Shown: positions 8,736 to 17,668, counted from the first letter of the whole stretch. The stretch is DNA of 63,990 nt, filler included, from an uncultured Methanosarcinales archaeon (GCA_964472345.1; 11 parts of 11 records of this genome joined end to end with filler, not necessarily neighbours in it), one strand, 5' to 3'. Numbers and translations: made by a program. Notes: a model not told the origin generated them from the letters alone.

Positions 8736-9570
8736 ATGACTCCTGCAGCTGCCGGAGCGTGGAAATGTCTTTTCCCGCAACCGGTGCAAGAATAGGGAGA
8801 GTGACGGCGCTATTTAAAGATAGTGCTGCCAGCACGGCGGGCTCAGCGGTGCTTGTCGCAACCGCCGATGCGCCAAAACGCCCCGCAAGAGCAGCAGCCT
8901 CAGGAAGCGAGCCGGCGAGCATAAAAGCAATCGGTTCCGGCGCAAACCGTTGCGCGAGGGAGAGCGGCTGCTCCCGGGAGCCGGCGCAGATCACCGTGCA
9001 GCCGCGCTTCATGAGCAGGAGAGCGGAAAGCTCCGCGAAACCGCCGTCAAACAGCTGGATTACAGTGCCTGCAGTTCCGGGAGGCAGGCCCCCGGCACCA
9101 GGAAAGCTCTCAACGAACACATATGCCACCCCATCAAGGATTTCAACGCCTACGACAGCATCAGGCCGCTTCAGCTCAACCTGCAGGCCAAGCCGCCGGG
9201 CGATTGCTTCGCCAAGCAGCGCATTCAGCTGCGGTGAGGTAAGCTTGTTTTCCTTGGTGAGCCGTTGGGTAGAAACACGGAATGTTACTGCGTTGCGCCC
9301 GCCAAGCAGCTCGCATGCAAGCACGCAAATCGCATCAACATCAGCCGGGCACGCCCGTGCAGGGGAAAAAGAGGTGATTCCGAACACGCGCCGGAGGAAT
9401 ATGCAGCGCTCCGAGGTTTCCAGAAGCAGGCGTGTGTGCGTGGCACGGACCGTGCAGCGGATTCCCTCCTGGGCAAGAAAGGCACTAACGGCACGAGCCA
9501 GCGCACGAACAAATGACGGGCGGTTCTTTCCTTTGAGGAAGAGCTCCCCGAAGCGGCAGATGACGACCAT
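8719..9570 (-). CDS. ThiI-like NFLD/THUMP protein with degenerate PP-loop
   Basis: RFGELFLKGKNR, VFGITSFSP, THUMP, GAGGLPPGTAG; LFDGGFAE where SGGxDS is expected; start at the ATG ~25 nt below a TATA box. Confidence 0.75.
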   Translation of the reverse strand: MVVICRFGELFLKGKNRPSFVRALARAVSAFLAQEGIRCTVRATHTRLLLETSERCIFLRRVFGITSFSPARACPADVDAICVLACELLGGRNAVTFRVSTQRLTKENKLTSPQLNALLGEAIARRLGLQVELKRPDAVVGVEILDGVAYVFVESFPGAGGLPPGTAGTVIQLFDGGFAELSALLLMKRGCTVICAGSREQPLSLAQRFAPEPIAFMLAGSLPEAAALAGRFGASAVATSTAEPAVLAALSLNSAVTLPILAPVAGKDISTLRQLQESYERLC

Positions 9571-9806
9571 GCCAGCCGGAGGTATGGTGTGCAATATAAA
9601 AGTTCCCATTGATTTCATTATTGAAAAGTATTAGGAGATTTCTGGTTGAAAAACGAGCAATGCTCAGTTTCTTAGGGACGGGTGGAGGCTTGGGGGCAGG
9701 GAGAGGACGCAGCCGCCGTATCAATGTATATTTTTAAAGAGTCGCAGCCCTTTAAAAAGGAAGGTTTAAAAAGGGGGGGGGGTTGGAGAGGGTGGGGTGG
9801 GTTCCT

Positions 9807-10418
9807 ATGGCGAAGAAAAAAGCGAAGGGAAAAAAAGAGCCGGTAAAGCCGGCAGCGCACGAAAAAAAAGGGGCGCAGAGGGAAGAGCGTTCAATCACCA
9901 TCGTGAATATTGTCATCAGCTCCAGCCTCGAGCAGGACATTCCGCTTGAGAAGATGGCTGCGACGCTGAGCAACACCGAGTACAACCCCGAGCAGTTTCC
10001 TGGGCTGGTGATCCGCATCAAGGATCCCAAGACAAGCGCCCTGATTTTCAGCAGCGGCAAGATCGTGCTGACGGGCGCCCGCAGCATGGATGAGGTCGAG
10101 CGGGGTATTGAAAAGATAATCCGAAGCCTCAAGAAGATCAATATTGACATCAAGATAAAGCCGAAGGTGACGGTCCAGAATATTGTTGCCAGCGGCTCCA
10201 TTGGGATGGACCTCAATCTCAACACGCTTGCCATCAAGCTGTCGAACACGGAGTACGAGCCCGAGCAGTTTCCGGGGCTTGTGTACAAGCTGAAAGGGAC
10301 GAAAGCGACATTCCTGCTGTTCACCAATGGGAAGATTGTCTGCACAGGCACCAAGACGCAGGAAGAGGTCTACAAGGCGCTTGACAAGCTCGTTGAGACC
10401 CTGAAGAAGGTCAAATGA
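9807..10418 (+). CDS. tbp: TATA-box binding protein
   Basis: Two repeats NIV.S / EY.PEQFPGLV / L(I/L)F(S/T).GKIV.TG. Confidence 0.97.
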   Translation: MAKKKAKGKKEPVKPAAHEKKGAQREERSITIVNIVISSSLEQDIPLEKMAATLSNTEYNPEQFPGLVIRIKDPKTSALIFSSGKIVLTGARSMDEVERGIEKIIRSLKKINIDIKIKPKVTVQNIVASGSIGMDLNLNTLAIKLSNTEYEPEQFPGLVYKLKGTKATFLLFTNGKIVCTGTKTQEEVYKALDKLVETLKKVK

Positions 10419-10421
10419 GCG

Positions 10422-12443
10422 ATGAACCCCCAGGAACAGATCTCCAAGTTTCATGAGTTTCTCGAGAAGGAGCGCTATGCGGAGCTCCTCGAACAGGTAC
10501 GGAAGGGAGAATACTTTCTGACGGTCGACTTCAACCAGCTCAGCAGGTTCGACCCGGAGCTCGCAGAGCAGCTTCTCGAGCAGCCCGAAGAAGTCCTTGC
10601 TGCTGCAGAGCAGGCAATCAGGGAATTTGACATCCCGAAAGAGATTGTGCGCTTCCCGGTGCGCCTGCAGAACCTTCCGGGAAGCCAAAAGACGCTGATC
10701 AGCAATATCCGGAGCAGGCATCTCGGCAAGCTCCTCTGGACGGAGGGGGTTGTCCGACAGAAAAGCGACGTTCGGCCGCAGGTCACCAGCGTGCGCTTTG
10801 AGTGCCCGAGCTGCGGGAATGTCATCACCGTGCTCCAGTTCGAGCGCAAATTCCGTGAGCCAAGCCGCTGCAGCTGCGGCCGCAAGGGAAAATTCAAGGA
10901 GCTCGCAAAAGAGCTGATTGACGCCCAGGGGATTGTGCTTGAGGAGGCGCCGGAGGACCTTGAAGGCGGTGAGCAGCCGAAGCGCATGAATGTGCTGCTC
11001 AAAAACGACCTGGTCTCCCCCATCAACGACCGGCGCAGCAGCCCAGGCACCAAGATCAGGGTCGTGAGCTGGGTGAGTGAGATACCGATCGAATTGCGCG
11101 GCGGGGGGCGCTCGACAAAATTCGACCTCGTCCTCGAAGCGAACAACCTCGAGAGAGTGGAGGAAGACTACACCAGCATTGAAATCTCCAAAGAGGAGGA
11201 AGAGCAGATCAAGGAGCTTGCGCGGGACCCGAAAGTCTATGAGCGGTTCATCCAGAACATTGCCCCGAGCATCTACGGCCATGAAAGGATTAAGGAAGCG
11301 CTCCTCCTGCAGCTCGTGGGCGGTGTCCGGAAGGAGCGTTCTGACAGTATGGTGACGCGTGGGGATATGCACATGCTCCTGGTCGGCGACCCGGGCTCAG
11401 GAAAGAGCCAGCTCCTCAAGCGCGCAGTGAAGATCGCTCCGAAAGCGCGCTACGTCACGGGAAAGGGGGTGAGCGGCGCTGGCCTTACTGCTGCAGTGGT
11501 TAAGGATGAGTTCCTGGGGGGCTGGAGCCTTGAGGCAGGGGCGCTCGTTCTCGGCAATCGTGGATTTGTCATGATCGACGAGATGGACAAGATGAATAAG
11601 GAGGATCGCTCCGCGATGCACGAAGCGCTCGAGCAGCAGACTGTAAGCATTGCAAAAGCGAACATCCAGGCGACACTGCACGCGGAGACAACCGTGCTCG
11701 CGGCAGCGAACCCAAAGTTCGGCAGGTTTAATATCATGGAGCCCATCGCGCCCCAGATCGACCTGCCGCCGACGCTCATCAACCGGTTTGACCTTATCTT
11801 CCCCATCAAGGATCTGCCGAACAAGGCGAAGGATGAAAGGATGGCCACCCATATCCTTGGCCTCCATCAGGATCCGACACTCGGCGAATCGGAAATACCT
11901 ACCAGGCTGCTCAGGAAATTTATTGCCTATGCGCGGCAGAAAGTGGCGCCGAACATCACCGATGAGGCGCTCGATGAGATCAAGACCTATTATGTGCAGA
12001 TGAGGTCCAAAGGCGAAAGTGAGGAAACCGGTTTCCGCACCATCCCCATCACGGCGCGCCAGCTCGAGGCGCTTGTCCGTCTCTCCGAGGCATCGGCAAA
12101 GGTGCGTCTCTCCAATAAGGTGACGCGGGGGGACGCGCGCCGCGCGATCGACCTGCTTGAATACTGCCTTGGCCAGGTCGCAACGGACGAGAAAGGCCGG
12201 ATCGATATTGACCAGATCAGCACGGGCATCTCCGCGACGCAGCGGAACAAGATTATTGTAATGAAAGAGCTCATCGCAGAGCTCGAAGAGAGGATAGGGA
12301 AGACAGTTCCCATAGAGGATCTCCTCGAAGCGGCAGGCAAAAAAGGGATCCGGAAGGAAGAAGTCGAAGAGGTGATTGAGCGATTGAAGCGGCAGGGTGA
12401 TTTGTTTGAGCCCAAACGTGGTTTCATCCAGCGGATTCTCTGA
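10422..12443 (+). CDS. mcm: Replicative helicase MCM
   Basis: Zn finger, GDPGSGKSQ, IDEMDKM, AAANP, ITARQLE, C-terminal wHTH. Confidence 0.97.
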   Translation: MNPQEQISKFHEFLEKERYAELLEQVRKGEYFLTVDFNQLSRFDPELAEQLLEQPEEVLAAAEQAIREFDIPKEIVRFPVRLQNLPGSQKTLISNIRSRHLGKLLWTEGVVRQKSDVRPQVTSVRFECPSCGNVITVLQFERKFREPSRCSCGRKGKFKELAKELIDAQGIVLEEAPEDLEGGEQPKRMNVLLKNDLVSPINDRRSSPGTKIRVVSWVSEIPIELRGGGRSTKFDLVLEANNLERVEEDYTSIEISKEEEEQIKELARDPKVYERFIQNIAPSIYGHERIKEALLLQLVGGVRKERSDSMVTRGDMHMLLVGDPGSGKSQLLKRAVKIAPKARYVTGKGVSGAGLTAAVVKDEFLGGWSLEAGALVLGNRGFVMIDEMDKMNKEDRSAMHEALEQQTVSIAKANIQATLHAETTVLAAANPKFGRFNIMEPIAPQIDLPPTLINRFDLIFPIKDLPNKAKDERMATHILGLHQDPTLGESEIPTRLLRKFIAYARQKVAPNITDEALDEIKTYYVQMRSKGESEETGFRTIPITARQLEALVRLSEASAKVRLSNKVTRGDARRAIDLLEYCLGQVATDEKGRIDIDQISTGISATQRNKIIVMKELIAELEERIGKTVPIEDLLEAAGKKGIRKEEVEEVIERLKRQGDLFEPKRGFIQRIL

Positions 12444-12474
12444 GCGGCGGTGCGCGCGAAAGGTGACGGTGAGC

Positions 12475-13011
12475 ATGGTGCAGGGACTCGAAGAAGAAAT
12501 GGTGCACCTTAAGGGGGTTATCATCGGCCAGCGGGAGCAGCAGCTTGTGCTTGACGACGGGACGGGCCGGATCTCCATCAGGCTGCCGCACGGCGCCCGC
12601 GTGCAGGTGGGGATTGGCGGCGCCGCGACGCTCATCGGCTCGGTAAGCTCGTTTGAGGGGAAAAAGTTCATCGCCGCAGACATCCTGCAAAGGGTCGGAA
12701 ACGCATTGTGGATTGTGGTCCACCGCCATGAATCGGAAGCGGGGCAAAGACAGCGGGAGCGGCAGAAAAAGAGTGACGTGCAGAAAGAGGCGGGAAGCCC
12801 GCCGCCGGACAGCCAGGACGAAGGGATGGGAAATGTGAGGGAACGCATCCTCAGCCTGGCGAAAAGGTTAGACGCCGGCTCCGGCGTTATGATTGACGAG
12901 ATGGTGCAGCAGTCGGGGATCCCGGGATGCAGGACGTTCATCGAGGCATTGCTGCGCGAAGGCGAGCTGTTCGAGGTTGAGCCGGGGCGCGTCAAGGTGC
13001 TCGAGGGGTGA
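12475..13011 (+). CDS. RPA32-like OB-fold + wHTH protein (start uncertain)
   Basis: LDDGTG OB-fold motif; C-terminal LLREGELFEVEPG wHTH. Confidence 0.7.
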   Translation: MVQGLEEEMVHLKGVIIGQREQQLVLDDGTGRISIRLPHGARVQVGIGGAATLIGSVSSFEGKKFIAADILQRVGNALWIVVHRHESEAGQRQRERQKKSDVQKEAGSPPPDSQDEGMGNVRERILSLAKRLDAGSGVMIDEMVQQSGIPGCRTFIEALLREGELFEVEPGRVKVLEG

Positions 13012-13043
13012 GGAGGGATGAGACGGGGCACAAATGCGCGGCG

Positions 13044-13895
13044 CTAAAAGAAAAACGGCGTGACATAGACCTCAAGAAATGCCGCGATGAGGAGCGCGCC
13101 GGCCGCAAGCAGGATGAGTCCCGCAACGTCGAGCAGGATGCGCTCCCGCTTCTCGCCGATGAGGTCATTGCGGATGAGCGCGACGGAAAGGATGCCGCCG
13201 GCAAGCCCCCCGACGAAGTACGCGAAAACCTCCGGCAGCCCGTGGAGCGCATAGCGCAAAAACCCGAAGGAGAACACATGCAGGTAGCCGCCGAGCTTCT
13301 CTAAGCCGATTGCCTGCGCGTAGCTCGCAAGGTGCGAGCGGACCGAGTTCCCGATGGCCGCTGCGATGACGCTCGCATTCCAGGTGAGGATGAACAGCGC
13401 ACCGATGCCGTACAGCAAAGAGAAAAGGATGGAAAAGATGAGCACGCGCACATTGTTCAGGAAGATGCGGAGGAAGATGTCAGAGCGCGCTGCCGCAGCT
13501 CCGGAAATCTGGTTGTTGATGCTCGCGATCGTCTGGGTCTGTGACGAGAACAGCACTGAAACCATGTCCGCAGGAAGAAAGACATAGAGCAGCGCCAGGC
13601 TGACCGTGATGCCGAGGAACAGGGACATGAGAAAGAGGAAGACTTTGCTGTGCTCTTTCAGGATGGCGCGTTCGCTGGCAAGCGCTGCGTCCGCACGCTC
13701 CTCCGACGCCACCGTGAAGTACAGCAGAGGTGCTGCCGCGAGCGTGATCAGAAAGACCAAGGTAAGGCTTGAATAGTCGCGGAATACCCAGTACGCAAGG
13801 AACAGCCCGATGACCGAATAGAGCACCCCAAGGAAGAACGTTTCAATAGGGTGGCGCTTTGCCGCCGCCGGGTTCAGGAACGACTCAAGGACCAT
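13044..13895 (-). CDS. SpoIIM/DUF95-family membrane protein
   Basis: IFLNNVRV, LTWNASVI, HGLPEV motifs; multiple TM segments. Confidence 0.8.
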   Translation of the reverse strand: MVLESFLNPAAAKRHPIETFFLGVLYSVIGLFLAYWVFRDYSSLTLVFLITLAAAPLLYFTVASEERADAALASERAILKEHSKVFLFLMSLFLGITVSLALLYVFLPADMVSVLFSSQTQTIASINNQISGAAAARSDIFLRIFLNNVRVLIFSILFSLLYGIGALFILTWNASVIAAAIGNSVRSHLASYAQAIGLEKLGGYLHVFSFGFLRYALHGLPEVFAYFVGGLAGGILSVALIRNDLIGEKRERILLDVAGLILLAAGALLIAAFLEVYVTPFFF

Positions 13896-14078
13896 GCATA
13901 AGACCGGAAGAAATGAACCTTTAAGCGTTTATAAAATTACCGCCGGTGGGTAATCGTTCAGCTTTCTGAAACTGTTCGTCGATGAGTGATGTATAGAGAA
14001 CTTTGAATAACCCCTACAAGAACCGAAAGATTTATAGTCGACAAACGTTTTCTTTTGCGTTGTAGAGAGGTGATACGT

Positions 14079-14276
14079 ATGAGCTTCAACCAATTTGTTC
14101 TACGAGAGCAGTATCTGAAAGTATGTGGGCTTGGTGACCGCCTTGAGCTCATGAAAAAGCAGATAGACTGGGAACCCTTCCGTCCATTAGTCGCGGATGT
14201 GTTCTATGATAATAAAGAAACAGGCGGTCGGTCCCACACGGATGAGATTACCGTCGTAAGAGCGATGCTCTTATAG
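14079..14276 (+). pseudogene. IS5-family transposase N-terminal remnant
   Basis: GDRL..MKKQIDWEPFRP..GGR..D....R.MLL then stop; GAGGTGAT RBS and TATA upstream; possible IS end near 13997. Confidence 0.75.
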
Positions 14277-14426
14277 CTAATCTCCTAGATATTTGAACAT
14301 TTTTGGCATTGCTTTCTCATTGTCNNNNNNNNNNNNNNNNNNNNNNNNNNNNNNNNNNNNNNNNNNNNTTAATTAATTAANNNNNNNNNNNNNNNNNNNN
14401 NNNNNNNNNNNNNNNNNNNNNNNNTA

Positions 14427-14510
14427 GTTGCGCTCGCTCCGCTCGGCAACCACGTTCACTCCGCTTCGCTCCGTTCTCTCGTTGCGCTCGGCAGAGCCTC
14501 GGCAACCCCC
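14427..14510. repeat. REP/MITE-like short palindromes
   Basis: Two GTTGCGCTCG..CTCGGCAACC units separated by CGCTTCGCTC. Confidence 0.45.
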
Positions 14511-14592
14511 CGCGATGCCCCTGATGATCGGCGTAGAAGGAATGTCAAAAACCGCGGGTCAGTAGATCGGCGGCATGCCGTTTGCGAGCGGC

Positions 14593-14624
14593 ATCACAAT
14601 TTATGATAATCACAATTTATGATA
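14593..14624. repeat. Tandem 16-nt duplication ATCACAATTTATGATA at the tRNA-Pro 3' end
   Basis: Two exact copies. Confidence 0.85.
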
Positions 14625-14626
14625 AA

Positions 14627-14744
14627 TGGGGCTGCCCGGATTTCCTGTGTCTTTGCGACACGTTTGAACCGGGGCCGCAACGTCTTTTGCGCGGTCCTTC
14701 CGCGTCCCGAACGTTGAATCATAGCCAAGCTAGACTACAGCCCC
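14627..14744 (-). tRNA. tRNA-Pro(CGG) with two introns: 37/38 (14684-14705) and 59/60 (14641-14662)
   Basis: Acceptor GGGGCTG/CAGCCCC-A; anticodon stem CAACG/CGTTG with TT-CGG-GA loop; T stem CCCGG/CCGGG; both 22-nt inserts form hairpins in BHB geometry. Confidence 0.88.
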
Positions 14745-15397
14745 ACGCGAGGCCGGTTTTCCCGCGGCTTTTTAATGTTTTTGCATTTCGCGGGGCTGCC
14801 TTGGGCGAAAGGCGCACGCATATTCAACAAACCGCCTGCTTTCTCCTTTATCGCTGCACCATAGCGCCTAAGGTACCCCTCTACCTTTTTCTTGTCCATT
14901 CTTCCCTTAAACTGATGGAAAAGATCCCTATCAATGGGCTGGCCGAAATAGAGCAGGTCCAAAAATGTCTTCTCGATGTCAGAAACCGGAAGATAAAAAT
15001 CCCCGTGTCTCTTATATTCAATCCCAAAAAATAATGACACCGGGATCCGTTTTAATAAAACCATGCTGCCATTAATCTTCCTTGGCCCTTCACGGACCGT
15101 CTTTGTTGTCAGAACAACCGTATTCGATTCCTGTTCCCAGAGATTATGGATGCTCAACGCTTCCTGCAACCCCAGGTAGGCCGGCTTAAAACAAAATACC
15201 GCTAAAACAGGATCATCAGAAAGTGAGTATTTCCCCCGAGTAACCCTGTATATCCTCCCCTGTTTAACCATCTTGTTAAGCATGAGGCTTGTATAACCGC
15301 TGTTTTCACCAATTATTTTTTTGAGGGAAGAAATATCGACTACCGGGCCTTTTTTAAAAAGATCCACCACGCTATCCCGATGCTTTATCTTTCCCAT
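14735..15397 (-). CDS. AbiEi-like antitoxin / transcriptional regulator (type IV TA)
   Basis: wHTH (RIYRVTRGKY), PAYLGLQEALSIH, VSDIEKTFLD. Confidence 0.75.
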   Translation of the reverse strand: MGKIKHRDSVVDLFKKGPVVDISSLKKIIGENSGYTSLMLNKMVKQGRIYRVTRGKYSLSDDPVLAVFCFKPAYLGLQEALSIHNLWEQESNTVVLTTKTVREGPRKINGSMVLLKRIPVSLFFGIEYKRHGDFYLPVSDIEKTFLDLLYFGQPIDRDLFHQFKGRMDKKKVEGYLRRYGAAIKEKAGGLLNMRAPFAQGSPAKCKNIKKPRENRPRVGL

Positions 15398-16008
15398 TCT
15401 TTGATATACCTCCTCATGTCTTCACTCGTGGGGGCCGGCCCTGATAGAATAATCGCAGGGAGATTCTCTTCATCTGCGATGGTTACCACTTCTATTCTGC
15501 CAAGATCCTTGGGCGCTGCCTTAACATAACGAAGCAGGAAGAACACATCATATAAATCCCTTATTTTCTTCCGCTTTACGCACGCGGCAATTTTCTCTTT
15601 CATTAAATCATCAGGGCTCAAGGTGTACACCGCCATAAAATTTCCGTCAACCATCTCATAGTCTTTTAGTACCGCACCCTCTTTTCTGGTGAAAACCGCT
15701 TCGAATCGTACCTGAACGCGATCAAACTCCAACAGGGAGTATAATGAATTTTCTTTCACTCGCTTCTTTAAAATGGTAAACCCTTTCTGCTCCAGTTTCC
15801 CGAAGAAAGCATCCACTGGCCCTTTTGACATAAGGTAGACATCAATATCCTCAGAAAACCTGTTTCCCCGGTAACATCTCCAAATGGCGGTCCCTCCATG
15901 AAGAACCGCTTCAGGAAAAAAATGGTACGCCTCTTCCATCATTAAATCCTGGGCATAGGCAATACGTTGATGGGCCTTTTTCTTTAATCTCAGGTGGAGC
16001 GGTATCAT
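15385..16008 (-). CDS. AbiEii/AbiGii-family nucleotidyltransferase toxin
   Basis: LHGGTAI..Y...RFSEDID; EKIAA..R..IRDLYD. Confidence 0.85.
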   Translation of the reverse strand: MIPLHLRLKKKAHQRIAYAQDLMMEEAYHFFPEAVLHGGTAIWRCYRGNRFSEDIDVYLMSKGPVDAFFGKLEQKGFTILKKRVKENSLYSLLEFDRVQVRFEAVFTRKEGAVLKDYEMVDGNFMAVYTLSPDDLMKEKIAACVKRKKIRDLYDVFFLLRYVKAAPKDLGRIEVVTIADEENLPAIILSGPAPTSEDMRRYIKEWER

Positions 16009-16013
16009 GGTAG

Positions 16014-16066
16014 TAACCAAAATTATATATATGTATAAGTATGGTTATTTATAAGCTTTTTGGTTA
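16014..16066 (-). promoter_or_regulatory. BRE/TATA of the AbiE module with TAACCA/TGGTTA inverted repeats
   Basis: AAAAGCTTATAAATA on the minus strand; TAACCAAAA 16014-22 / TTTTGGTTA 16058-66; extra TGGTTA 16042-47. Confidence 0.55.
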
Positions 16067-16150
16067 TCGGACGTCATTGAACTCGACAGTGACTTGACTG
16101 CCTCTGCCCGAGCAAATCCTTATAAAGGAACCGCTTCTCAGGGGCAGCAC

Positions 16151-16277
16151 GCCGGCGTCGCATAATCTGGTAGTGCGGCGGTCTCGAAGCTCTGCAAGAG
16201 AACCGCTGTCCTCACGGATGTGCAGGTTCAAATAGCGAACGATGTGATGCGTTCGCCTGGGCGTCCTGCCGCCGGCG
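16151..16277 (+). tRNA. tRNA-Ser(CGA) with two introns: 37/38 (16189-16200) and 59/60 (16233-16263)
   Basis: Acceptor GCCGGCG/CGCCGGC-G; stem GCGGT/ACCGC; long variable arm; T stem GCAGG/CCTGC; TATA ~25 nt upstream; BHB at the T-loop. Confidence 0.88.
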
Positions 16278-16446
16278 TCCTGCTCTCAAGGTAACATGGG
16301 GTTGGATGTTTTGGGTCGTTATCATCCGTAGAGGGGCCCATTTCAGATTCAGAGCCTCAAAAAGGTTTATAATGGGGGATCCACATCCCTTAGGGTATTC
16401 AAAAAAATTTAAAGTCAAAAACAGAGAAGACGCCCATAATAAAAAA

Positions 16447-16911
16447 ATGAAACAATCAGACAAAACAAAGCACTCCCTCTGGAAGATAATAGGTTGGGGT
16501 TTCTTAGTGACATTCGCGGCGATTGGGGTACTTGCGGTGGTCTTTGGGGCGTTCATCTTCATATCAGCTATGACTGGGGGCATCAGTGACGAAGAGCAGG
16601 GCGTTCAGCTCATAAAAACAACACCCGAATATGAGCTTTTAGCCGTCAAATATGGTTCGGACAAGGTCTCCGTAAAAGCCGTCAACTTACATGAGGAAGG
16701 ACAAAGCGCTTTCCTGAAGAAAATAGACGCGGGGTTCAAGAGTCAGCCAGGTTGCATTATCCTTCTGGAAGGGGGAAATGAAGAAGGGTATGTGTACCAG
16801 CTTGATGAAGGGTTTCATATCATCCACAAGATTTCATTGACGGCGTTTAACGAAGGGTCGCGCAATGTCGATCCGCAGGTCATAGAGCATTTTATGAACT
16901 CGTTCGTATGA
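16447..16911 (+). CDS. Hypothetical protein with one N-terminal TM segment
   Basis: ORF with a hydrophobic segment; low GC. Confidence 0.6.
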   Translation: MKQSDKTKHSLWKIIGWGFLVTFAAIGVLAVVFGAFIFISAMTGGISDEEQGVQLIKTTPEYELLAVKYGSDKVSVKAVNLHEEGQSAFLKKIDAGFKSQPGCIILLEGGNEEGYVYQLDEGFHIIHKISLTAFNEGSRNVDPQVIEHFMNSFV

Positions 16912-16954
16912 AGAAGAGCGGCTTAATTTACTCTCGTTCCCTCAGTAAGTACCA

Positions 16955-17668
16955 TCAAGAAAGTAATTGAAACAGAGCTATTATTGAAAAAGAAGTCCCC
17001 GTTGCAACGGCAAACAAGGCGACGTGAGCGGCAATCCTCCCGGTCTTACTCGAGATATTCATCGATGTAATGACTTTGATGCCTATGACTTCGATTACGA
17101 TAAGCATGATCATAAATGGAATAACAACTGATGCGTTGAACGATCCAAAAAAGCTTGGATAGTGCACTATCTCGCCTCCACCCGAATCCCATCCTCCGCC
17201 GTAGGTCGGCTGAATCTCCGCTGCTTCATCTTGGCCGAGTCCAGACATTCGAAGCCACTCAATCAAGGGCCCTTCCTTGACGTCATCGATGTACACAAGA
17301 TTATTGGCTTCAGCCAGTTGATCGACCAGCTTGTGATGGCCCGATTTCTCGATAAGATAGGCCATGGCACACAGCGTCCCTTCGGCATCCCGGATATGGG
17401 GAAGCCGCTGGCCGGGATATTGGGTATTCTTCGGGAACGTTTCCTGGGACCAGTATTCCCGCAGTACGGCAAGATTCCTCAAACGCTCTTTTTGCAACGC
17501 CGGGGGAAGATGAGAAATGTCTTTCCGCCTCAGTTTTTGCTCAATACGCATCAAATGTAGCACGACCCTCTTTTGTTCTGCAAACCGGTGTAACTTCATC
17601 AATAAAGATTCTTTCCGTGTCTTGAACGGCAATTGCTGTCCGATTCCAAAAGAATGATGGTCGACCAT
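16955..17668 (-). CDS. Conserved hypothetical protein with two C-terminal TM segments
   Basis: FPKN..R.P..D.EGTLCAMAYL..SG..IQPTY pattern; TATA upstream. Confidence 0.65.
   Translation of the reverse strand: MVDHHSFGIGQQLPFKTRKESLLMKLHRFAEQKRVVLHLMRIEQKLRRKDISHLPPALQKERLRNLAVLREYWSQETFPKNTQYPGQRLPHIRDAEGTLCAMAYLIEKSGHHKLVDQLAEANNLVYIDDVKEGPLIEWLRMSGLGQDEAAEIQPTYGGGWDSGGGEIVHYPSFFGSFNASVVIPFMIMLIVIEVIGIKVITSMNISSKTGRIAAHVALFAVATGTSFSIIALFQLLS

Noticed and set aside
9891..13031. Long antisense ORFs here and opposite tuf, rad50, DsbA and the giant surface gene
   Set aside because: Shadow ORFs expected from high GC3 codon bias; no motifs
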